This document shows, piece after piece, positions 40,868 through 53,919 of a DNA stretch of 64,000 nt. Made by a program: the position numbers and the translations under genes. Each line of letters starts with the position of its first letter. Position 1 is the first letter of the stretch. Origin of the DNA: Macrostomum lignano (lineage: Eukaryota); contig NIVC01000016.1 in NCBI GenBank assembly GCA_002269645.1, forward strand, positions 558,001-622,000, given 5' to 3'. Below the pieces are notes generated by a model. It had not been told where the DNA came from, ran no database searches, and saw only the letters and a list, made by a program, of their open reading frames with translations.

Positions 40868-41490
40868 TCCGCAAGCAAAGTTCGGCAAGCAAAGCTCGGC
40901 AAGCAAAGTTCGGCAAGCAAAATTCGGCAAGCAAAGTTCGGCAAGCAAAGTTCCGCAAGCAAAGTTCGGCAAGCAAAGTTCGGCAAGCAAAATTCCGCAA
41001 GCAAAGTTCGGCAAGCAAAGTTCGGCAAGCAAAGCTCGGCAAGCAAAGTTCGGCAAGCAAAGTTCGGCAAGCAAAGTTCGGCAAGCAAAATTCGGCAAGC
41101 AAAGTTCGGCAAGCAAAGTTCGGCAGGCAAAATTCGGCAAGCAAAGTTCGGCAAGCAAAGTTCGGCAAGCAAAGTTCGGCAAGCAAAGTTCGGCAGGCAA
41201 AATTCGGCAAGCAAAGTTCGGCAAGCAAAGTTCGGCAGGCAAAATTCGGCAAGCAAAGTTCGGCAAGCAAAGTTCGGCAGGCAAAATTCGGCAAGCAAAG
41301 TTCGGCAAGCAAAGTTCGGCAGGCAAAATTCGGCAAGCAAAGTTCGGCAAGCAAAATTCCTGCAAGCAAAATTCGGCAAGCAAAGTTCGGCAAGCAAAGT
41401 TCGGCAAGCAAAATTCCTGCAAGCAAACTTTGGCAAGCAAACTTCCCGCAAGCAAACTTCCCGCAAGCAAACGTCCCGCAAGCAAACGTC
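40868..41490. repeat. 14-bp minisatellite GCAAGCAAAGTTCG
   Basis: About 44 copies; forms the right arm of the TIR element 40167-41500. Confidence 0.95.
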
Positions 41491-44210
41491 GTACTCCCGT
41501 AAAAATTCCCTGGAATTGGACCCCGGGGAACTTTCTGTCTGGCGCGTTTGAGACTCTAGAAGCTACCCGACTCCCAGAAAAGAAAAAATACGTCAAAATC
41601 GTGTGATCAATTAAATTTTCTATAGGGATATTTATACGCCTTGTAGAAGATTGCTAAGTTGGGTAAAATCAGTCAGTCGAAAAAGTTGAATGAAGATGTT
41701 ATACTGTAGTCCGTCCCTCCTCCCTTCCCCCGATCCCCAAGGTGCATTTTATCCAGTCTGGCCGGGTGTGACTAGGTCAGGTTGGAGGCGTGATACGCAG
41801 AGATAACTTCCTTTTTATTTGTCATAAGCAGTAAGTTTGAGCCAGTCATTTTCTGAAGCCTTATTTGAAGCAGCGACAATGCAGTGGGTACATGTTTGCA
41901 TTGTGTATTTCGCGACGGGTCACGGGAAGACGTGTCAGGTGCCGCCGTCTCCTCCGCTCCTCAAACAACTTCAAGGCACAACTTATAGAGAACCCAGAGT
42001 TTGTGTTGTGATACAAAACATTACTTGCGCCGCATTAGAGAGCCTTGGAGACTACAACGGGACAGCGATTGCGTCACAAGGAAGTCTGCAGCGGCGAAGT
42101 TTAGCTCCCTAAGGGAGGTGGCGGTCGGCGGTCCTGCGGTCGATCCGCGTTGACAAAATGTGCGATCCAATTTTTACTTTCCGCTCCAGCCTCTCCACCT
42201 CTCTTAAGCCTCTTCCGCTCCGGACTGCAAAACTAATTTAATCATCGACATCAGAACCGGCGTCTGTTGCTATGCTGACTTGCTGATGCTCTCAGAACCT
42301 CAGATCTTAATGTAGTGTCCCACAGATCCTAATTTTAAAACATTCTTCAGATCTTTCAATTTCAATCGCAACCTTCACTTTTAAAACGGTACTCTTGATC
42401 GGATCCAGAAACAAACGTAGCACCAACAATTTTATTCAATGTTCCCTATATGTACGCGCTCGTACATGTACATGTACATATGCAAATTAACGCAGCAGAT
42501 TTGTAAGGACTCATACTATAGATTTTCTACCGAAGTATTACAAGTACGCTCGAATAAATACCCCCCAAAAATTCATAAGTTTAAGTTTTTTCTAGACGGC
42601 GTTCAAAATTTTGATAAAAATACGTAATTGACATGCCCAGTCTACCATATGCATGCACGATAAAAGCGAGTCCAAATGTATTTGTCAGATCGAGTCAAAG
42701 TCTGACATTTGAATTCTGAGTCAAATTTGAGTCCAGATCAGCCTGACTCGACTTGGTTGAAAGGTATAGATAGAGTTGCAGTTTTAAACGAAGAAATCAA
42801 CATCCTGCCGAAAAAGTTTTTCATTATGGGATTGAATTAAGCTTAAATTAAGTTGTCTTGATAATTGACTCGATCTAGATCTAGCCCTTCGTTGCGTTCT
42901 GCCTCCCTTTGATTTACCCTCTGACAAGGCCAGACTTTACGGAACCCCGGTAAGGGGTTTAAAAACGTATTTACATCACTTTATCTTTTGATAGTAATTT
43001 TGACGCCGGCCTAATTTAATTGTCTTACACGTATATCTACGTTCCTTCTGGCAAAAGGCTTTCTAATGCGAGCGATTTCGCCAAAAAATTATGGGTTTTC
43101 TGAAAAAAAATCATGCCTAAATGATCTTTGCTTGGCATTATTGATGCTCTAAAATGATTGGTAAGCACAGCACATAAAATTATGCCTAAAATATTGTCAG
43201 ATAGGCAAATCTAGAAAAACGTTTAGCTATATAAACAAAGCACATTGTGAGGCATATTTGTTTTTGCCCTTTTAGTAATAGTATGCTTTTAAAATTTAAA
43301 CTTAATATCATAAAAGTTATTGCTTTCTGATTTTTCAACAAAAAAGAGAATTTTTTTTAAAGCAACTTTATTTTTTTTATTTCTTTAAATTGCTCATTCA
43401 CACGAACAATATACCACGCTCGCCGTTGAACATCAACAGTGTAATAATATTTTAAAAAATTATTTGCCGCTTTTAATTGTTTAATTGTTAGTAAATTTTA
43501 ACTGTAAGCAGTTTTGTATACTAGCCTAAATTTCTTTAGTTTTATTCTAATTTTAACTATCATTTCATGTTGATTTATTTTTTAAAAGTTAAGGTTTTAG
43601 TCTAAACCTCTCGTCTTCAATAAAAGTTAATCTCAACTTGAGGTTCGAGTTTTACATTTACATTTTAGATTTCCTGAACTGTTGCCAAAAGGAAACTAAC
43701 TTTTCAAAATCTATTGAAACTTTTTATGTTGTTATGTAGCTTAGCCTTACTGCTAAAGCTATGTTTGCACAGTTTCCTAATCAGTACCTATTGTTTTTGT
43801 CTATGGGAGTGTTTTTGTACATCAGCAGTTTTAGTGACAGCTTTTTTGTGACATCCAAGTCATTTTAATGATAAGAAAAAAGGGTAATCCTTCTAATATC
43901 CCCTATCCATGAATTCCAAAAAGGCATAATTTTTTTCAACAAAAATAATTTTTGTAGTAAGTTTAAGGAAAAATATTTTGCTATATAATAAAATTAGCCA
44001 CAACAACAAAATATGCGGCCTATAGTTTGAAAAGCAACATGTACACCAATATTTCCTGGTGTACAATAAAGGTCTTACCATTTTTCAGCATATACCATAG
44101 TCAGGAAGGTGGAACAGTGTGCACCGGAATAATTTTTTTGGGACAATCTATGCACTATCTATATGCTGTTTGTACGCCATCTGTGCGCCGTCTGTGTGCT
44201 ATGTCTATGC

Positions 44211-44806
44211 TAGAGCTCAAACGGGATCCCGATCCCGATCTCGAATTCTCGGGATCCCAAAGATTTTTCGGGAATTCGGGATTGGGATCCCGAAGGCTTA
44301 GAGAACTCGGGATTCAGGAGCACAATAGATTGATAATGATGATGATGCTTTCAACAATCAAGAGCAGTAATCAATACTAAGCTAATATTTGTAACAGCAA
44401 CTATAAATATGTTGAAAGTCTGATCTTGAATTCACCAAATAAAGCAGCAGATTTTTACTTAGTAACAGATTTGTAAAGAGTTGTACTCGTAAATAACAAA
44501 CTAACAAGTATGAGGCTTTTCACGAAGCGATTCGAGTTTGAGGCTTTTCACGAAGCGATTCGAGTTTGAGGCTTTTCACAAAGCAATTCTAGAACCAGAA
44601 TTTTACAAGAAAAAAGCAGTATAACTAATGCAATTCAATATTACATTAACGCAGAACAGTCGCCTTTTGTGCGATTTTTAGCCAAGTAAGTAATATATTC
44701 CCAGATCCCGGATTCCCGAATACTAATGTCCCGAATCCCGATCCCAAAATTATTTTCAATCCCAATCCCGCCTAATCCCGAAAATTCTGCTCCCGTTCAA
44801 GCTCTA
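44211..44806. mobile_element. hAT-type non-autonomous element (MITE), 596 bp
   Basis: TIRs TAGAGCTCAAACGGGA / TAGAGCTTGAACGGGA; perfect 8-bp TSD GTCTATGC (44203-44210, 44807-44814); subterminal CCCGA/TCGGG motifs. Confidence 0.9.
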
Positions 44807-45379
44807 GTCTATGCCCTTATTTTACATATTTTATGTAGTTTACATAATTTATATAAAATATGTTTACAAATTTACAAAATTCTTAGAATTCATGTAGACT
44901 CAATATGCTATGCCAGTTTTATGCTAATAAAGATTCTATTCTGATTCCTTATACACCAAGTTATGTCAAGTATATGTCAAGGATATGTCACAATTATATG
45001 CCACATGCACTAGGGACCTCAGTGTGCACCATGATCGTGCACCAAGGACCCCTTATATGCACCGGAATTTTCCATGGCAAAGGCCACCTTCCTGACTATA
45101 GAGCATACATCAGGATATATCTTGGCATACAAACCTAGCATACAAGCAAGGTCTTGTCATTTTTTTCTGGCATTAAACCTGGTATACACTAATACACAAC
45201 CCAAACTATGGTACGTGGCCCTGTAGGCAAAGGTCATAATTGGAGCAGAGTGCATCAGATGGCGCAGTGCAAAGCCTCAGAGTAAACAAAATCTATTCTG
45301 TTGGCAATGTTGGGTACCCAAGCATTGCACAATAGGCAGCCTATGCCTTGATAGGTTTGGGCCTGACCCCACCTAAAGA

Positions 45380-45995
45380 ATGAGAAGAACCCTGAAGAAT
45401 GAGAAGCTAGATATCTTGAACAAGTTAGGGGCACTAGCCCTTGGCCCAGATCACATGGCCTGCCAGTTGAAGTTGCCACTGGCATAGGATAGTAGATAAG
45501 GAATTGTATAGGGCCTTGGTCCCAATGCTCTTGTCAGCTTGAAAGGCCACATGGAGTAGCCTTAAGTATGCTGATTCCAGTTGCCACTCTAGCATAGCCA
45601 TTAGCGTCCACATCTCAGCATTGTATAGCAAGATGGTTTTAATCACCCCTTGCCACAGCCAAGCCCTCTGGAAGTCAGGCAGCACTTCAGACTAGAGGAC
45701 AGCTTGGATCAAACAAAAGGCTGCCCAGGCAAGTCCTCTATGTTGCTAAAGGTCCTTTTCTATGTGGGGCACTAGGCCATTAAGATAGGTGAACTGCTGG
45801 CAGCATGCAAGCTTGGTCATCTGCCTATTTGCGCCACAGCATGTCAGGTCTGCTAGGATGTTAGCCAGCATAGTCAGCACCTCAGTTCTCAGCATGTTGA
45901 CAATCAGACCAACGCTTGATGCCACCTCAACCAGCCTGTCAATCTGGCACTAGGCGCCTTCAATGGACAAGGACAAGAGGGCAAGTAAAATTAGC
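45380..45995 (-). mobile_element. 5'-truncated non-LTR retrotransposon (LINE; RTE/L2-type RT C-terminal half), degenerate
   Basis: Translation gives LALLSLSIEGA*CQIDRLVEVASSVGLIVNMLRTE, then CQQFTYL, then KTILLYNAEMWTLMAMLEWQLESAYLRLL and LQLAGHV. These match post-YADD RT motifs (AQ..L..VE..A..VGL..N..KT; F.YLG; LLYG.ETWTLT; L..AGH). Confidence 0.75.
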
Positions 45996-47112
45996 TTTTT
46001 TTCAAAATAAATTTGTTTAAATGTAATACCATTTCGTTTTAATTTTCATATTGTAATCACTATATTTTTACTATATTTTTAATTGATAATAAGCCAATTG
46101 TGTCTGATTGATTGGGCTTAGTGACTTGAATATACTTTACTAAGCCTACTTTAAACAAATTTATTTTAAAATCAGCCTTTTTACTTTAGCATGAAAGCTT
46201 GTGAGCTATATATATTAGAAAAATCATTTTTAGTTGAAAAAATGCATTTTTAGAATTTATTGGGGGGTTTAAAGGTTTGTTTTGTAAAGGGTTGTTTCAT
46301 TTAGTTTTGTTTATTTATTATTGACAAAGTTGATAATCTTTCATTTATTTAAAATTTTTTAAACTTTTTGAATCATTCTTTGTTTTTCTTGATAGGCATT
46401 TCATAAGGAGGACCCTTTATGCTTGTGTCTGGATATTCTGTGACAAATTTTAAATGATCTGCATATAAACAAAGTAATGTGACAATATAATTTTTTAAAA
46501 TATACTCTATTAATCTTTTATCAGAATTTTTAAATATATATAATGCATAACTTAACAAAATAAACTGTTACTCTTTTTTTAAATAAAATGACCTGCTCAT
46601 TGAATTGGTTTCATTTTATACCAAACTTTCTATTTTTACCAAAAGTGAAGTGTGTTCATCTTAGAAGCAACTTGTTACCAAAATGACTATTTGTCATTGA
46701 AATGTTTGTCACTGAAATGATTTATCATTGAAATTACCTGCACCCTTAGTAGCATTCCATTGTTAAATTGTTTGTGTATTTTTACTATTAGGTCATAATA
46801 GGCCTACCCTACTGATTAGAGGTTTTATATAGGCATTTATTTTATAGATAATATTTACTTAATTTGCCTAGAAGTTAAATTTTAAATGTGTCAATAAGTT
46901 AAATAGTAAAGAACACAAAATAAACCATGTCTTATTGATTTGGACACAAAAAATTATTGTCCTAATCTTATTCCTTTGGTTGTATACCTATACTTGTAGT
47001 TATATATTAGCATTTAGCACTTAAAATGCAAAAACTAGTTGTCACAAGTTATATTTGTGACATATTGACTATATTGACTATTGACTATTGATATACATTG
47101 ACTATATATATA

Positions 47113-47821
47113 TAGTGATAGATTGAAATTATCTTTCAAATCAAAATTTTCGCTTCCTTAAAATCGAAATCAAAATCGAAATTTTTGAGCTTAACAAATT
47201 TTTACTTTTTCGCTAATCATGCAAAAAGGTTAACACCTTGCCTCTGCATGTATGAGCTTACATGTTTTATAAAAAGTATCTTTGATATGTTTAAACCAGA
47301 ATACTTAAGATTTAACTTACTTTAAAAATACAAAATAGAAAATGCTGGTGTATTATGTATTATACACTCGTACATAGAAATATAGTGAAGTTGTATTATA
47401 CTTCACTGCTGTTTAAGCTAAAGATCTAGATATGAGTAGCCTATATCCATATCATTAAGGCTTTAAGTCTTTAGCCAATTAAAATCCACGCCAATGAGTT
47501 CAGCCAGTGGGCTTGTGGAGGTTGAGGTGGGTGCAGCACAAGGCCTGGAACAGTGTGTGCCCCGCACAATCTTTCTTATAGAAAGGTGATTCTCATCTCC
47601 CCACTGAGTCTTTGAACTGCACTTCTTTTCACTTCCTATAGATTTTCTTTCTCGTGTAGCATGATCATCAATGTCTAAATTGTTAAAATATAACCAAAAT
47701 TTTAAAATGATTTTCAATGAATGGTGTCGAAATTTGAAATTAAAATCAAAATTATTTCAATTCAAAATTAGTTTCGAAATTCGGAATATCAAAATTGAAA
47801 TCAAATTTCAATCCATCACTA
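47113..47821. mobile_element. hAT-type non-autonomous element, 709 bp
   Basis: 18-bp TIR TAGTGAT(A/G)GATTGAAATT with one mismatch; flanked on both sides by TATATATA (8-bp TSD, though low complexity); subterminal GAAAT/AAAATC repeats. Confidence 0.75.
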
Positions 47822-49764
47822 TATATATAGTCATTTGTTGAACATTTCAAAATTCTAAAAAGTTGCAAGGATAGGCCTTAAAGACAAAATTTTTCCTTCT
47901 TTCTTTAAAATTAGGCATTAGAATGATTGCATCAATTTTTATGTATACATATGCTTCTATATAGTATACACTAGGCCCTATATTTTATAGTGCAATTTTT
48001 GTGCATTTTGTGCATTTAATACCAGTTAATAGGACTTAAAATACTCTATGATATAACAAGATATATTTAAGACCCATAAATGCCATACATTTTACCTGGT
48101 TGTATGACTTCTTTTTGACCAAATATGTGATTTATCTATAATATCCTAAAGCAAAAATTAACATACTTTTGTATAAATGGCAAGAGTAACTATGAATATG
48201 TCTTATCATCTATTTAGTATTACTACCATTTTTGGGTTGGCATTTTTGCAATATACATTTGCTAGACATCTTGCCACCTAGCTGAATTAACTAGGTGTTA
48301 GGCATATATATTAAGACAACAGATATGAAATCGATATAGAATATTATATATTTAATCTAGATGCAATAAATTAGAGAATTGATTTAGGTTGCAATTTGAC
48401 CTCTTTTCTATATAATAATTTGCCTAATTTTGATACAGTTCTGTATTTTAATATATATACTCTTAATAAATTGTTATCTTTGTCTGAATATAAGCATAGC
48501 TTAACATTATGACCACACAATTGATTGGTTTTAAAAGTAAAGAGAAGTTAGTAGCAAATAGCATGTTTCTTTAATTATTATAATTATATATACTATGCAC
48601 TTGTTAAACTATTAAGACAATTTTTCAGTAAAGATTGCAATGTTATCAAACCATATTAAATGGTTGCTAACTGGTAGTAAGATTCTATTTAAATTTCTCA
48701 TAGAGGGGGATAGAGTCAACAATGAGTATGAAGGGAATAAGTCAAAGAGAAAGATATAGATTTCAGATTGATAATGAGACCCATTGGGACTAGTAAGAAA
48801 GAGAGGATTAAGAAGAAATTAAAATTTAGGGAAATGAGCTAAGAGCTACTTTAAGATTAGGGCAAGATTGATAGATGGTAGATAGTGATTAGGACAATAT
48901 AACTTTTTAGCATTTTAAGTACAACTTTGGGTATAGCACTTGTACCCAAAAACCTATCATGCAAAACAGGCCATAGGTCATCTGATATTAGCATTTTTTG
49001 TCTAGAGCTTTCTTAGTAACTACCAAATCTATGATCCATACTAGAGCAACTAAGAGAAGGATAAAGAAGGTAAAATGATATATTTATAATAGTTTATAAA
49101 TTAATTCAACCATATTTCATAAATTTTGTTTATAACATATTGAATCTATTAGATATGCTACAAATAAATTAAATTATAATATACTTTTTGCATAAGTTGT
49201 AGTTCAAAAAGGCAAACAAATATACTTTTGCAGACAAGTAAACTTTTTCGAATTGTACTAATAGTTTAAAAGTAAATTTTAAAGACATTTTAGTCAGTGT
49301 TGATATTAATTAATATCCACATTAATTAGATAACATAAAAGTATTGAACTTTTGCATGGCTTTTGCACTTGGTAATATACCAAGAACCAAGTGCCCTTAT
49401 CCAAATACTTAGCTACTATTTAGCCAGTACTAGATAAATCAATTTTTTCCAAATCAAAAATAAGATATTTATCTTTATAGGAAAAAAAACTGCAGTCAAG
49501 ATGCAATAGTTTTTAACAGGTTATGGATAAAGTTTAAAAATGGTTTTCAAGCATGATATCCCTAATTGGCCTAAATAGCAAAATTTGGTTAACATTAAAA
49601 AAGGCAATATATTAGAAATTGTTCGATAATATAAGAAATGAAATGCCACTTAATTAAAAACTTAAAAAGGAAAAACAATGAGAAACAGATGATCTGTGAC
49701 TAGTTTCAATTGTCTACTATCATTGTCATGCAAAGTAAATGTATTTTGAAGTAGGTTGTTTGCA

Positions 49765-51121
49765 CTTTGAGTGTCCCAAATTTATTTAGACTTCTTACAA
49801 AATTTAACTATATCAACTACAGCAACAAAACAAACCATCAGTCAGTGACATAATCTCCTTGGCATTGAATAACAGCATTGCAGTGATCCCAAATTTGATG
49901 CAACTCCTGCTGCAGGCTCTCAATCTTTAGACCCCTTGCCCACTGCAACGTTGCCTCTTGCACTTCAACATGGTTCCCAAACTGGTGATGCTCGAAGTCT
50001 CGTTTCAGCCAAGAAAGCAAAAACGGTCACAAAGATTAAAATCTGGACCATACAGTGCCTAGTGCAGCAGTTGGATGCCTTGTTTCTCCATGAATGTTGA
50101 GTTACTGCAGCTATGTAAGGCTGGGCATTGTCCCACTGCCAGATCACCTGATCAAGATGAATTGGTTGACTTCTTAAAGATTGCCAGAGATTCCTGGTTT
50201 GCTGAACAAAGTTGACAATGAACTTTGCATCCACTGACTGTCCTGGTTTGGTTGTTTCAAATGAAAACCTTTTGCTGGGAGTGAAGGCTGCAACAAGCAA
50301 AGTCTTCTTGTTTGTCATGCATCTTCTTACCACCTGGGGCCTAGGCTCCCCTTTGACAGCCAGCATCTATTGCTTATTTTGCAGGGCAAGCCTTCAAAGA
50401 AGATCTAGGACTCATCTTGGGTGACCAACTTGTCTATGATGTTTTTGATTCCTTCACTCTGAAACACACTGTGGATGTTTCTGGCACATGCCACCCTAGC
50501 CTGTTTGTTGGCCTTGGTGAGGTAATGGGACACCCATACTGATGTGATACAATGCAGCTCCAGGTCTTCTCTTAAAATTCGATGCACTGTTGACTTATCA
50601 ACCTCCAGCCAGTCAGCAAGGGTCCATACTGACACTTTTGGATCATCTTCAATCAGAACACGCATATTGCTGATCAGCTCTGGTGTTCAAGTTGATCAAG
50701 GTCTCCCAGCACCGCTGGCACTCGGGCAGTCGCCTGGTCCTTTAGTGGGGCTGGTCTTGGCATCAGCAGTGGCTTCCTTGAAATAATTAAATACAGTTGC
50801 ATGGCATGGAGCCCCATTGCCATACATAAAAGACAACTCTTCAAAGCACTGTTGAGTACTGATTCCAAGCTGCTGCTATGTCCATGCATAAAATCTAAAG
50901 TTTTCTTTGCTTGGCTCCATTCATTTTTGCACTGGTGTTGCAGTAGGCAAAACTGAGCTATAAAAATCTATTAGGGATGCACAAGAGAAGGTGCAGTGAT
51001 ACTTAAATTTCTTGTGCGTCTTCGGTACTATCTATGGTAGCATGTGGTGTGCTGACAGCTGTAGCTATAGTTCACTCTTCAAATAGCAGCAATAATCTAA
51101 ATAAATTTGGGACATCTAAAG
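49765..51121 (-). mobile_element. Full-length degenerate mariner (Tc1/mariner) DNA transposon, about 1357 bp
   Basis: Perfect 19-bp inverted repeat TGTCCCAAATTTATTTAGA at 49772-49790 and 51096-51114; TA at the right flank and CA at the left. Broken transposase from ATG 50920: MEPSKENFRFY, HTH APCHATVFNYFKE, GRP, WVSHYLT (WVPHEL motif), LVTQDES, WDNAQPY, YGPDFNLCD. Confidence 0.9.
49838..50920 (-). pseudogene. Mariner transposase pseudogene with in-frame stops and frameshifts
   Basis: Motifs as above. TGA stops at 50696-50698 and 50687-50689 sit where Arg is expected (GRP*ST*TPELI). Confidence 0.85.
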
Positions 51122-52245
51122 TATATAAATGAGCAAAGTTAGGAAAATAGGTTGTATATGCTAAACAAAAATTATTGATTATGAAATGAAAGGTGAGGAG
51201 CAAGGGTAAGGGACAAAGATAGTTGAGTTACAAAATTCAGTCTTAGCAGTTTTACTGAATCAGAAAACAATTAGCTTGCGGATATGAGCATTGCAAAACT
51301 GTACCCAAGAAATTTCTTACACAATTTCAAATTTTGCACCTTTTGATACAAGCAAAATGTCATACACTAAGAGCCATCAAAAAGCTGAATATGTCTTTAT
51401 GAATGGCATTTAAATCAAAGCCAATAAGTGAATAAATTATTAAATCAATATTTGTTGCTTTTTCACCGCTTCAATAGAAGCAGTTTTTTAATGTTGCATG
51501 CATGCATCTAGGCTACACAAAAGCCATATACCACTCTGCAAACTTCAAAATTGTGTTGGAAATTTATTGGGTATAGTTTTGTAATGCTCATAGGTTTTGG
51601 CAGGCACATGGTATTGCTGTAACATTTTATGCTTTAATAAAACAAGTGTGAAAGAGAATGTAGGTCGAATTTTAACTTATTTAAACAATCCTGCTGTCTA
51701 TAGCAAACATAGTCTAGAAACTTTTGCAACACTCCTTTGTATATATACATGGTATAACAACATGACTAATTAGCACTCAGATAAATTCTCAACTGTATAA
51801 ATGCTAAGCAAAATTTAAATAAATATAAAAACCAAATATACTTAAGCCTATAACTCAAGTCAAAATAATCTTAGCAATAAAACAAATCTTAGAACTACAA
51901 TAGACTACAGTATTGTGGTGGCCAGACTGTATGCGACTGGCAGCACCAGTGCAGCTGCATTGAAACCCCCCCCCTCCCAACCTGTCTAGCTGAAGTGGGA
52001 TGGGTGCGCACCAAGCTGGCCGGCTTGCTAAGCTGGGGGATGGGTTAGTATAGCCTATCACGCCACACCACCTGTTCACACCTCCCTAGGCCCCTCAATC
52101 TCACACTATTTGTATAAATATAAATATGTGCGCAAAGTAGTGCAAAATCTTTGCTGCCATTCCATCTATTGAACTAATTAAGGCCTTCTGCCTCAGTATA
52201 ATATAATAAAAATGCATTTGTAATTGATTACAGGTTACTAGTATT

Positions 52246-53919
52246 GGGTAATTCCACGAGATGACGGTCATTGGGTTGGAGCAAATAATAATCAGTAATC
52301 ATACAAAAGACAAACTAAATTGAGACTTTGTGAGTTCTATATTTATGGGCGTGACCTCTAGATTGAGATGAGATACATTTTAAAGTCATTTTTTACTGTG
52401 TTGATTTAGCAGAGAGAAACTTTCAATGACGGTCATTTTTGGTGAAAGTTTATGTATCCAACTTTATAACTTAAGTTTAAGATTCCTGTGAATCAGGCAA
52501 GTTTTTGTCTCAATTGATCATTAATTGTAGTAAACAATAGCTAGATGAATGGTTACAAACAATTATTACATTTTAGTAGATAACTTTAACTGTGTTGCAC
52601 ATTTTTTCTTAAATGACGGTCGTTGACTGACGGTCGTTTGTTTCAAAATGACCTGGAAAAAAGTTATTAGGATTTCTATTTTAGATAAATCTTGGTTAAA
52701 AGATTGTTTATAATCCATAGTTGTTCATATAAAAACTATAACTTGCTTGTCTAACCATAAAATTTATTATACCTGTTTCACATTTCAGATCAAACGTACT
52801 TATGCACCTTCAACAAAAACATCACTTCATGATTGCACAACTCAACATATGATCATAAAGATGGACAGTCCTAATCTATTCAAGAATTCAAAGAATAGAA
52901 TATAACAATTAACAAAACCAAAGGCAAATACAGATTATTTGTTAGGCAATAAGCAGTAGCACCAATGGATAGTAAAAACTTGAGTCTAGTTAGACTACTT
53001 ATGCTGAAGATTGGGGCATGTGTTAAGGTGCATTGCAAACTAAAGTGGAGAGTTCTAGGTGCATGGTTAGTAATTGGAACAACCTTTTTAATAGTGCAGG
53101 TTGAAAATGATTTTAAGGTATCAAACAAGTAATTGACAGTATACATTTTTAATAAAAGACTTGAATTCCACTATATTTTTCTTTACAATCAAAACTGTAA
53201 AAACTTTGAAAGAGAAATTGAATAAGTAATTCACATTAAAAAAAGACATGACTTTAGAATATCAGTAAATTCAGTTTTTTGTATAAAATTTAGGAATAAA
53301 TGATAGCAATTCAGGTTTTATAAAGATCAACAAATTTCAGAATACCAGAAAATGATGGTCGTTAGGTAACTTTGCAGGGTTTTTTTAGCATGTTACACTT
53401 ATCATAAACTAACAAAAATGACTATAAACTTAAATATAGGCTCAGAAAATATTTTAGCAAAAAATTATCAACTTATAAACCTCTTGAAAATTAGTACAAC
53501 AACTTTTTGTAAAAAAAAATGATGGTCATTTTTAACACTTAAAAAAGGGAAGTCAAACTTTTTGAAATAAAAAATTATGATAGATAGAACTATATTAGAT
53601 CATAAAACTTTATAATTTCAGTCTTTAGATATAAGAAAGAAAGATTTTTATTATCTATGCACTTGATGCATTATGTTTATTAACTTTTTTTCTTATTGAA
53701 AACTAGATTAAACTTTTTATAATGTCCCGCGGGACATTTAAAATCTTGCAAGGGTACTATGATCAAAACAAAATATATATACCTAGAGGTAGATAAATGT
53801 GTATGAAACTACATAAAAATGAAACTATACATAATTATATGCAAAATGAAATATTCACATTTGCAAATAATTTTTTAAAAAATTTATATACCTTTGATGA
53901 CCCTATCATGGAATAACCC
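52246..53919. mobile_element. TIR element with 4-bp TSD (possibly Sola-like), 1674 bp, no intact ORF
   Basis: TIR GGGT(A/T)ATTCCA(C/T)GA; TATT on both flanks (52242-52245, 53920-53923); internal repeated motif TGA(C/T)GGTC(A/G)TT at 52262, 52427, 52614, 52628, 53353 and 53520. Confidence 0.6.

Larger units (their letters stand above)
40167..41500. mobile_element. Non-autonomous TIR (foldback-like) element with one subterminal repeat expanded into a 14-bp minisatellite
   Basis: Left end ACGGGTCTATGAAATTTGCTTGCG; right end reverse complement ACGGGAGTACGACGTTTGCTTGCG. An inverted copy of the array unit (TTGCCGAACTTTGCTTGCCGA) sits at 40201-40221. No clean TSD found. Confidence 0.6.
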
